Below, piece by piece: positions 26,271 to 36,885 of a stretch of 64,000 nucleotides of DNA; positions within the stretch are counted from its first letter, which is position 1, and every line of letters starts with the position of its first letter. The translations under genes and the position numbers were made by a program. The notes beneath the pieces are model-generated. The model did no database searches, was not told the DNA's origin, and saw nothing but the letters and a program-made list of their open reading frames with translations. Origin of the DNA: Octopus sinensis (Eukaryota); assembly GCF_006345805.1 (NCBI RefSeq), contig NC_043004.1:59272001-59336000 (forward strand). The letters run 5' to 3'.

Positions 26271-27152
26271 GAGAATTGACAATGATAAATATGTTTGATA
26301 TTTCTAGTTCTGTCTATTTAAACAGCAAAACAATCGATTAAAATAATCTATGCGAAAAGATTTAATTGAAAGTGTAATTCTTTTCAAATGGAATAAAAGT
26401 TCAAAAAATCAAATGTTTTCCTAAACGAATTACGAGCAACAATTGTGTTCAGATCACTCGTTTTCCATTAGTGTACCTTGTCGACAGATTTTGTCAGTAG
26501 TACTTGTGTTGTATGGCAGCAGATATTCAAATGTTACTGGCAATTGCGTGGATGGTGTCGTTTAATATGGGTAGCAATAACGGCCGTTCTGATTTTAGTA
26601 GCTGAGAGATAATGGTGTCAGTGATGTCTATATTGTCACTTTGCTGGGAATGAAACTACCACACAAACATGAACGCATGAGGAAACGCACTGTTACACGC
26701 TCATACGTACAACTATACACATTTTTACTCAAACAAAGAATTGAAAATTACGTGATGTTTTTTCTCATTGAAATTTTGTCACAGAATAATTTTCCTGTAC
26801 AACATAAAAGTATTTCCACATATAACTGTCTCACACTTTCTTTCATGACTTCCTCATTGTGAGTCCATTCTTTACTTTCCTTATTGTCGTTCCAGTATTA
26901 AATTTATCTGTCTATCTAACTATATATCTGTCAACTACTGTTGCCGCAGGTGGTGGTGTGATACACACACGCGCACACACACACACACACGCACAAACTC
27001 AAAAACACATACACACTCACACACGATACTCACACTTCTATACGATACAAATAGGAAGAATAATAAGAAAAGTTTGAAATGAGTTGTTTTTATGCATATA
27101 AATTTTTTGTTTAAATATAAATGTTATGTTTTTTAACATAATGGGTCGTTCT

Positions 27153-27231
<79 letters not shown>

Positions 27232-27679
27232 ATATATACATATATATGAGTAAAAGTATAAAAATAGAAAACTATGTTTTGACGAAAGAGTGTTTTCTCA
27301 TAATAGTTTACTGAAAGTACATTAATGTAAGCTTTCTTACATACATAACACACACAAAAAAATAAAAATAGAAATTGAGTGAGGAAAAGAAGATCCTTAT
27401 GTTACTTAGAAATTTTCGTATGAAAAACGTTTTAGTGAATAAATTTTTGCGTATGTTGCTGACAAAAGTGATTTCATTGTAGAAGAAAAATTTTGTTTTC
27501 CTGCCTGAAATCCGAGTTTTCACTGTCATTCAGCTTATCAAAGATCTAGGTGATTTTTCCGTTATATGTTAAGAGAAAGTGTTAACTCTATTTGGGATTA
27601 AATGAATTGATAGGCATGTATTCTAGATTATTTTTTTTCCAATGAAGGTCTATCCGTATCGTAATACTCTGGCAGAAAA

Positions 27680-28550
27680 AGTATGAGGTAATGGTATGAA
27701 AAACCGTATCCCTATGAATAACGTATGAAGCGTACTGGACAGAATTTCGCATAGCTTTCCCTAAACACTTTCTTGAATATTCTTCTACTAACGGCGGAGA
27801 CTAAGTTTCTAATTGCAGCAGTGGAGAGAACGATTCGGGCTTCCTGTAACGCTGGTCCTTGCTCGTTTACATGTCACGGATGGCAGCTCGGAAACCAATC
27901 TGGTCAAGTGGGTGGTATCTGGTATGGAAAGGCAGAATTCTTTGAATATTTTTATCAGGTTCTAACTAAACTTGTCTATTGCGTGGCCGTTCATATGGCT
28001 TGAGATTGCCAGGTTGTCGTCCCCTGTACAATACTGACACATGTGGATACATGCGTTACTTGAGGCTATCCAAAATAAATAACTCGATGAGGTCAGCGAT
28101 CTCGGCCCCGTCGTAGGCACACTTAGAAACGTCGAAGAGTGGATCGTCTTTTTTTTTCACCCAGAAGAAATCGATGTGTACCAGGATTGACTTCTTGGAG
28201 TTCATGATGATTCTGACATCGAGAACGCCTATACTAAGAAATTGCTTAGCAAAATCCATAGCCTTTATGAGAAGATATTTCGGAATAGAAGGGTAGAAGT
28301 CTACTATGTGTGAATCAGCACGCTGATTTGTTCTCGATACTGTGGAGCCAGTCGATCACAGTTGTGCTGGAATTCAGTTCAGCAATCCTGTAACCTTCTT
28401 AGGAAGGGAAGGAAGAATCATGAAGATGACTCAAGGCCTGGATACAATCGACAATAAGTCAAATAGCCAATGCTATTAATTCATACAGGGAAAGAGTTCA
28501 GAATATTCTGCACAATGAACTTGGCATGACAAAGGTTTCTACTCGGTGAG
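27680..28550 (-). mobile_element. Penelope-like element PLE3, RT remnant of a different lineage
   Basis: TVIDWLHSIENK, IVDFYPSI, KKSIL...WVKKKDDPLFDVSKCAYDGAEIADLIELFIL, and frameshifted RDD and LIKIFK. This is the FDVxMGxxDGAE type of PLE RT. Confidence 0.8.
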
Positions 28551-28569
28551 TCCCACGGCTTCTGACACC

Positions 28570-29170
28570 TGATCAAAAGTGCACCATGCTGATCACATTA
28601 CGGGAAATCAGACATTCTTTGAGGCAGATCCAGCTGGTTTCCTAGAACATTTCCTAAGCCAAGATTAATGTTGGCTTCATCACTTTGATACCAAGACAAA
28701 CGGACAATCCAGGCAGTGGAGGCATCTCTCCTCACTTGCTCCAAAGAAATCCATGGTCGTTTATTCTGAAGAAAAAGTGACGGCCTCAGTTTTATGGGAT
28801 GCAAAAGGCATGTTTTCTTTTTATTATCTTCAAAAGGGCCACAAAATCAATGTAAAGTACCATGACAATTTACTGCGGTAGTTACAAAAGGCTATCATGA
28901 CCAAACACCTTTGCAACTGGCAAAAAAGGTACTTGCTTCATCAGGATAATGCTTCAGTGCACAAGCTATTGGTTTCAATGGCTGCTGTGTGTGACTGTGG
29001 CTTCATTCTTCTCATTTGGCTACATCTGACAATCATGTTTCTCAGCATGAAAAAGCATTCAAGTTGGAAGCAGTGTCGAAGTGATAACGATGTCACATCT
29101 GTTGTTGACCTTTTTTATCAACAAGATGAAAGCTTCTTCATCAATGGGATCCAAACTGTGCACCGCCGGA
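28570..29170 (+). pseudogene. Mariner transposase remnant
   Basis: QD*CWLHHFDTKT.GQSRQW, KVTASVLWDAKG and LLHQDNASVH are mariner DD34D-region motifs. Confidence 0.85.
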
Positions 29171-29174
29171 TGTC

Positions 29175-29425
29175 CTGTTTTTGTTCCCATCTTTGACCCT
29201 CCAAAAATCCCAAAATTTCGTTTGGTACTTATGGAAACATCTGACTTCGAAGAATAATATTGTCGTTCAATGCTCGAAATGAGGATTAGATAGACACCTG
29301 ACAACTGATGAAGGGTCGTTTTTGTGTTACTTTTCCTGTTTTTCATTTGTTTCTTTCATTGTTTACATATTGAATGTCATTTGTTTTTGTATTTTATGTT
29401 GTTTACTGTTGGTGAAGGCGTTGTA
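29175..29425 (+). mobile_element. Short non-coding element carrying a permuted hammerhead-like motif (copy 1)
   Basis: Homologous to 35826-36085 (atcccaaa.ttt..tttg, tcgaaga, tcgaaa, tagat, ctga.gaaggg), followed by a T-rich tract and (TA)n. Confidence 0.6.
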
Positions 29426-29437
29426 CATATATATATA

Positions 29438-29498
<61 letters not shown>

Positions 29499-29565
29499 GG
29501 AGAGAGAGAATCTGAGACAGAGACAGACAGACAGACAGATAGATAGATAGATATATAGATAGAAG

Positions 29566-29659
29566 TGTGGCACCTTGTGCAAGTGTGTTCTACTATAGCC
29601 TCAGGCCGACCAAAGACTTGTGAGTGGATTTGGTACACGGAAGCTGTAAGTAGCCCGTC

Positions 29660-29694
<35 letters not shown>

Positions 29695-29892
29695 AGTGTG
29701 TGTATGTTTGTGTATTTGTGTTTCTCACCCCACAACCGATGTTGGTATCTTTACATCCCCGTAACTTAGCGGTTCTGATGAATAAGTACTGGGCTTATAA
29801 AGAATAAGTCCTGGAGTTAGTTTGTTCGACTAAAGGCGGTGCTCCAGCATGGCCGCAGTCAAACGACTGAAACGAATAAAAAAATAAAAGAA
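29566..29892 (+). mobile_element. SINE family A (5'-truncated)
   Basis: CORE-like segment, microsatellite and tail are present. Confidence 0.85.
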
Positions 29893-29964
29893 TATGTGTG
29901 TGTATATACATATATATATTATATACTAATATATATATTCTCATATATATATATACTAATATAT

Positions 29965-30006
<42 letters not shown>

Positions 30007-30579
30007 GTATTTATATATATGCATATAGGCATACATGTATTTAAGTGTGTGTGTGTGTGTGTGTACACGCGTATATACATTTGTACATAAACACATATAT
30101 GTCATGTGTATGCACCCATAAAGAAAAACACACATACATGCGTATATGCAATCATTTCAACTTTACTCTTGTTTTTATTCGCCGTGGAATCAAATGTACT
30201 TATATTCATTTCCTCCCTTCTTCATACACACACAGACACAAACACACACACACATACTCACGTTCGCACAGTGGCACACACACACACACGTACGCACTTA
30301 CACACATGCACAGTTACGCACATAGACGCGCTCGCATAATTGTCTTTCACTCTCGCTCTCTCTCTATCATTTTCTAAATCGTTTCATCTCTCCGTCCGCC
30401 TTTTCTTCCCTCACTCATTCCTCTCACCGTTCTGTTTGCACTTACCAGCCACTGCCTTGCTAACATATCTTGACAAATTACAAACTCGTGTTCTTGCTCA
30501 CCTCTTCTCGTTCCTATTCAACTGAACAAACTAACAAATGTAACGATATTTGCACCTCTAACATCAAACAGTAGTATCG

Positions 30580-31260
30580 ATATCACCATCGCCAACACTA
30601 ATAATCACCACTGCAACCACTACAATCCGTTCAACCATTGCTTGGATCCTACCCCCACTCAAACTCAAGTAACATTACCACCACCAACAACAACATCTCC
30701 ACCATCGCAAAGAACATCAACACTTCAGCAAATATCACCTCTACTATTGCCACCAATACTATCGTCGCTACCACCACCACCACCACTATTGCAACGATGA
30801 ATGCTACACTTCTCAGCTGCCATTCACCGCGTTGCCTCTATCAGCTCCGTTGCCATTTTTTCGTTAGATATCACCAACATTGTATGTAACAAACACTACC
30901 ATGAATACCGCCGCCGCCGCCGCCGCCTCCAACACGAACGAGAACACTCTTACAGTCACGACCATCACCACTAACCTACCTGATGGATCGCCAGCACCAG
31001 CACCACCACCACTACCACCACCACAGCCGCAGCCGCCGCAACAGCCACTGCCACTACTCATTATACCATCCATGCAGCCACAGCAGGAACAGCAGCAGAA
31101 GCAGCAGCAACAGCAACAGCAGCATGGTATAGTTTATAGCCACTACCAATATCAACAGTGTCACCATGTCCATTGCCTCCATCATAACAATGATGAACAA
31201 ATCCAACACTACCAATAAACAACATCAGCCACACAAGCAACATTATCATTACAACAAAAA
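30580..31260. repeat. Mosaic trinucleotide low-complexity tract (ACC/CAG/AAC/GCC)
   Basis: Gives poly-T/P/Q/A ORFs in several frames and on both strands. No non-repetitive coding context. Confidence 0.8.
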
Positions 31261-31283
31261 TATGCTACATTATTATCAATATG

Positions 31284-31500
31284 TATTTCTTTACTGCCCA
31301 CAAGGGGCTAAACGTGGAGGGGACAAACAAGGACAAAGGAATTACAATGAACCCAGTTGCAAAACTGGTACTTTATTTATCGACCACGAAGGGATGAAAG
31401 GCAAAGTCGACCTCGGCGGAATTTGAACTCAGAACGTAACGACAGACGAAATACCGCTAAACATTTCGCCCAGCGCGCTAACGTTTCTGCCAGCTCACCG
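31284..31500 (-). mobile_element. SINE family B with 16-bp TSD
   Basis: TSD cattattatcaatatg at 31268-31283 and 31501-31516. Confidence 0.92.
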
Positions 31501-31569
31501 CATTATTATCAATATGGTGTAACTGACAACACATCTACTAAAATACCATCATTACTACCACCACTGATA

Positions 31570-31927
31570 CAACTACCGACCCCAGGACTTATTCTTTGTA
31601 AGTCTAGTACTTATTCTATCGGTCTCTTTTGCCGAATCGCTAAGCTACGGGGGCGTAAACACACCAGCGTCGGTTGTCAAGCGATGTTGGGGGAACAACA
31701 GACACACAAACATATACACACATATATAGTTAAACACACACACACAGACACACGTATATACATATATACGACGGGCTTCTTTCAGTTTCCGTCTACCAAT
31801 CAACTCACAAGGCTTTGGTCGGCCCGAGGCTATGGTAGAAGACAATTGCCCAAGGTACCACGCAGTAGGATTGTACCAGGAACCATGTGGTTGGTAAGCA
31901 AGCTACTTACCACACAGCCACTCCTAC
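31570..31927 (-). mobile_element. SINE family A
   Basis: Homology to other copies. Confidence 0.85.
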
Positions 31928-32446
31928 ACCTCTGTCGATGAGACCGCTGTTAGCACCATCAATGTCACTACCAGCTCACTATCACCGTAGCTACTAGTAG
32001 AATCAGGATTTGATTGTCATGATTGCTAGCATCGCTACAAAATCCACCAATTCCAGAACTTAGAAGTATTTTTTCAAATAGAGTAAAACAGAGATCCGTA
32101 CTCAAGCCCGCTTTCTTAACTTCAAAATAAACGATATTTCCTCACCAACACTAAGCATAAAGCGTAAACGTCTCAAACGCAAATCTTGTCACATTCTCCA
32201 ACCTTAATTAAATCTTTTACAAATACCCACTAAACCTACCCGTTGTGTTCCTAGTGATAACCAGTAATACCGACCAACATATTACTTCAAGAAAAGACCC
32301 GATTAAAATTGTGGCAATGATCATAAGATTACTAAAAAATAAAAGTAGGCCGAATATAATTTTACACGAAGACTCATTGTTCTAAAAGCGAAATGCTATA
32401 TTTTAAACCTCAAAACCGTCAATTTGAACAATTTCAACGATTATGT

Positions 32447-32797
32447 TAATCGGGTCGTCGGGAACACCTTCGGTCACGATACTGACCATGGGATTGCACC
32501 TAGAAAGTTATACTCCTAGTCACAAGTCTGGGCAAGGTGGTTTATGGAAGACCAGCAGTCGCCCATGCATACCGGCCTCCCCCCTCCACGCCACCATTGT
32601 TATCCAAGGGAAAGGCAGGAGCCGATATAGCTTGGCACCCGTGACGTCGCAACTCATTTCTACGGCTGAATTAAATGGAGCAACGTGAAATAAAGTGTCT
32701 TGCTCAAGAACACAATACGCAGCCCTGTCCGGGATTCGAGCTCACAATCTCACGATCGTAAGCTCGACGCTCTAACCACTGAACCATGCGCCTTCAC
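32447..32797 (-). mobile_element. SINE family D (tRNA head + CORE/V-like segment)
   Basis: Minus strand tggttcagtggttagagc (A box), gagctcgaatcc (B box), tgtgttcttgagcaagacac. TSD gattatgt at 32439-32446 and 32798-32805. Confidence 0.85.
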
Positions 32798-33674
32798 GAT
32801 TATGTAAGTAACTATTACAAAAACAACATCAATACATATATATATTGCTAACTACAGGAATGTGTTGCTTGAATAAGACAACGAACTTCCTACAATACAT
32901 TTGCTAGTATTGCGAGCACAAGAGCTGCTTAAAAACATTTAACTGTCCGAACTGTAAGATAACTGTTGAGGTAAGGATATGCATCCGAAAGAATAGTTTC
33001 TGTAACAGAGCTAGCTATCCAAAAACAAGTAAGAAGAATAGTCACATATCTTTTGAGTCTCTAGAAGAACAGCGTTTGAATTATGCTCTCAAAAATACAA
33101 GTGGATGTAGCCTAGCATGTCAGATAGTCCTACATAGAACAAGGTATGGCTTAGTCTACTATGCGCCTGGTTATATGCGGTATGTCACATCAGGCCGAGT
33201 CGGTACGTCATATACCTGACTGTAGGCCAGTATCAAAACAGAGTCGGCAGCAGTGTTTATTCCGGTCCACGAATCAATTTTTATAGATGATGAAGAAAAA
33301 ACATCAAGATGAAAGTTATATAAATTTTTTTTTGCATATTCTGTAAAATATAAATATTAATGACTTAGAGGCACGTATTTCGCTATGCAACCATAAAATA
33401 CTATAAAACCATAATATACTATAAAGTTTATTAAATGTTCTTCCGTTTTTAAAAGTCAACACCCCGTTCTACTCCGTTAGCAATATTCTTTACATTATTT
33501 TGTTAAGATTATTTCTACAGAAATTAAAGCCAGCAATGATATTTTGCTACAACATTTTGTGTCGAGACGCCATATGTAAACATACAATGAAATCGAAGAC
33601 AAAAATGGTTACCTACAAGTTATTAATGTTTACATACCAGCCCCAGAAATGCGTTTAGTATGTAAATTGCTATA

Positions 33675-33780
33675 AGGCGACGAGTTGGCAGAAACATTAG
33701 CCCGTCGGGGGAAATTCTTATCGGTATTTCTTCTGCCGTTACGTTCAGAGTTCAAATTCCGCCGAGGTCGACTTTGCCTG
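33675..33780 (+). mobile_element. SINE family B, 5' fragment
   Basis: Head and B box only. Confidence 0.75.
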
Positions 33781-33991
33781 AATGCGATGACGGCATTATG
33801 AGCAATTTGTTCGGTGGTGAGAGTTGGTTAGATGGGTGTCTGATGAAGAAGAAAAAAAAAACCAGGAAATATGGCAGATACACTAATTACCCATTTTCAT
33901 CTTCGATTTTATTGTTTATTTACATCTGTCATCTCAATACGAAACGTAGCAAAAAAATCAGTACTTAAATCCTTAAAATCCTTTAAAATGT

Positions 33992-34030
33992 TTTAGCCCG
34001 AAGGCCGCGGCCATGCTGGGGCACCACCGC
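33992..34030 (-). mobile_element. Isolated LINE/SINE 3' tail variant
   Basis: Minus strand ggtggtgccccagcatggccgcggccttcgggctaaaac. Confidence 0.65.
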
Positions 34031-35454
34031 TGTTAAAAATGGGTTGCTCTGAAGTAGAGAGCAATGCCCATATGTGTTAGAAAGATCGATTGATCGCTTC
34101 CGTCCTTTTCAAGGGGAGTGCTAACCGTCTCTCCAGCAAAAGCTGTAAAATGTAGTAACACAGGTTGTGATTAATCAGATCGCTACACCATAGTAAATCT
34201 TATGTCATTTAGTCCATTAAAAGTGCAACTAACTATGATTCACATCCATGTCCATTGGCCGTGGTAAATAAACGTAGCATAAGCTCAGTGAAATTGCTTT
34301 AGTGTATCAGTTATCAGAGTTGTACGGGTTATCTTAGAGCTGATGTTCGAATCCCGCAGGCAACATTACAGTACATGTATAGATGTATGTTTTTATATGT
34401 ACTTGTGTATGTACACGCACACACAAACACACACACACATATTATACATCTATACAGGAACATTCATACACGTATACGGGGTGGGAAATGAAGGATGTCG
34501 CGAAAGGCTTGATTAGAGGCCCAAATTTCAGTGCTCTTTTGCAGTGGTTAGAAAAGATGTAAGACCGATGCAATAACCGTGAATCTGTAAGAGGTATATG
34601 TTGAATATAAACATAATTAACTGATCCTCCTCTATTTTCTTTTACTCAAAGCCAGTGACTTTTCAGCACCCCCTCATAAGCCTGTATGAATGTGCGTGAG
34701 CGTGTGTGTACGCATGTGTGTAAGTGAGTTGTGTGTTTATGTGTGCCCACGCTTGTGGGTAGAAAGAACATACTAATTTCATGCTCAGCTGTTTCTATAA
34801 CAAGTTAGATATATATATTGATCAATTTAATTTTTCGAAGGAAAGTACATTAAACAAAAATATTAACAGGTAAATTCGCGAATGTGGGCGGACGAAGCAA
34901 AAGTATGGCCTATGAGATTGAAAAATGTGCAGTAGCTGATATATTATCAAGTAGAAAATCTATGTCTGACAATGGTAATGAAATTTTAGTAAGCGGTAGA
35001 AGTAGTATTAGTAGATTTTTGTCGTATTTTATTAGTATCCTATTTTCCCAATAATTCAATAACTAATATAAACGCGAAGTACACCTGTTGGCAATGGAGA
35101 AATAATCGAAAGATAAGTGCCTGTAAACGTGTACTTATGTGTTCCATTTCGCAACATTTTAAATAGTACGCCTATAAATACATATGCTTCTATTATGTGT
35201 CCGTGCGTGCGTAGCTGTGCGCGCTTGTGTTTGTGTACGCGCGCGTGTATCTTAGCGACAGAGGCTGAATTAATACCGACAGGTAATAGTTATTCCTACG
35301 TAAACGTAGATATATATTTTTATTATATTATACATAATATACGTAATATATATATGTTATATAAACGCAGTATAACTCTCATGAGAGTTTTTCTTCTGGG
35401 AGCTACCGTAATATAGCATGTTCAAATAGAACATCCGCATTTAAATGGATATAC

Positions 35455-35495
<41 letters not shown>

Positions 35496-35715
35496 CAGAT
35501 GCAGCACGAAGTTTTGTCATTTGCGGTTTCAAATCGGCGCAAATATTTTCACAAATTATACTTATATGTTGAAGTGCATCTAACGGTTACTGCGTGTTTG
35601 TAAATGACTTATAAACAACTTCCACGCTGTAAGTGTTCAATTGCTTTTGTTTCAGCACACGATCGCAGATTAATTCAATTGCTATGAAAGTACATCTCCA
35701 TAATAGTTTATATAT

Positions 35716-35764
<49 letters not shown>

Positions 35765-35773
35765 TCATATATA

Positions 35774-35807
<34 letters not shown>

Positions 35808-35825
35808 TCATATATATATATATAT

Positions 35826-36085
35826 CCCTCTGCAAAAAGATCCCAAATTTTATTTGATTTGCTTTTCGCAGGAAGCAAAGTTTCTATCGAAGATGCGTCT
35901 CGCCTTCACCTTCGAAACGCAGAGTAGATGAAACCATGGCGACTGAAGAAGGGGTTTTTTCCTTGTGTTATTTGTCCTGTACTCTATTTTTTTGTTGTTT
36001 AAGAAAAATGTCCAGTTCTTTGGTTTTGTGTCTATGTTTCCGTTTCTCATTGTGTTCGACGTTTTGTTTTGGTGTCCTGGACTCA
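35826..36085 (+). mobile_element. Short non-coding element carrying a permuted hammerhead-like motif (copy 2)
   Basis: Starts after (TA)n, motif at 35894-35954, T-rich 3' tract. Homologous to 29175-29425. Confidence 0.65.
35894..35954 (+). ncRNA. Putative non-circularly permuted hammerhead ribozyme
   Basis: ugcGUC^ucgcc-uuca-ccuuc-GAAA-cgca-(16 nt)-ggcga-CUGAAGA-A-gggg. Stem III ugcgu/acgca, stem I ucgcc/ggcga, stem II gggg/cuuc (2 G-U pairs). Confidence 0.55.
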
Positions 36086-36211
36086 TATATGCGTGTATAT
36101 ATACATGTAGAGGTAGGTACGTACATATATGTATATATATATGCATATGTTTTATTTATTAATATATTATATGACGGAACGCACGCATCGCTTTCTAAGT
36201 AAGATTGTTCT

Positions 36212-36249
<38 letters not shown>

Positions 36250-36475
36250 GTAATATTAAAATTACTAAGTCTCTTTAAAAGAGATTACGACAGCGTTTCT
36301 GGAAATTAATAGTTATCGCCATACTAATATGGCATTCTTAAAAATAAGAATAAAGCTGTCGCTGATTAGCTCCATGAAGCCATCGCCTCAAGCTAGCTAC
36401 TTGACACACAGACTGCGTCCGTTATTAAACCTTCGAACGGAGACGGTCAGTAGCGACACCTGCAGGTCTGACTAC

Positions 36476-36518
36476 GCTGCATTGAGAAGGGGCAACAACC
36501 CTGAAACATGTCTGTAGC
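36476..36518 (+). ncRNA. Type I hammerhead ribozyme (U3-A8 variant) with extended stem I
   Basis: gcugca-UUGAGAA-GGGG(caacaa)CCCU-GAAA-CAU-GUC^uguagc. 6-bp stem I extended by gucugac/gucggac and ccugc/gcagg; palindromic stem III ACAUGU; predicted cleavage after 36512. Confidence 0.85.
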
Positions 36519-36885
36519 TGTCGGACTAGCAGGTTGAAGCGGCTGACCTCCCCTGTTCGAAGGTTTAATAACGGACGCAGTTTGTGTGTCATGTTTCAGG
36601 GTTGTTGCCCCTTCTCAATGCAGCGTTTAATAACGGACGCAGTTTGTGTGTCAAGTAGCTAGCTTGAGGCGATGGCTTCATGGAGCTAATCAGTGACAGC
36701 TTTATTCTTACTTTTAAGAATGCCATATTAGTATGGCGATAACTATTAATTTCCAGAAACGCTGTCGTAATCTCTTTTAAAGAGACTTAGTAATTTTAAT
36801 ATTTCTATTATTGAAAACAAGTGGATGTATTCCACCGTAACTAGGTAAATAGAATCTTCGAACGGAGACGGTCGGTAGCGACACC

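Noticed and set aside
27500-27545. Minus-strand CUGAAUGA-cagu-GAAA near the PLE3 3' region
   Set aside because: The core has an extra base and there is no stem II. At best a dead remnant.
30880-31218. Poly-Ala/Pro/Gln ORF resembling a transcription-factor exon
   Set aside because: Pure trinucleotide mosaic, open in several frames and strands, with no domain or splice support.
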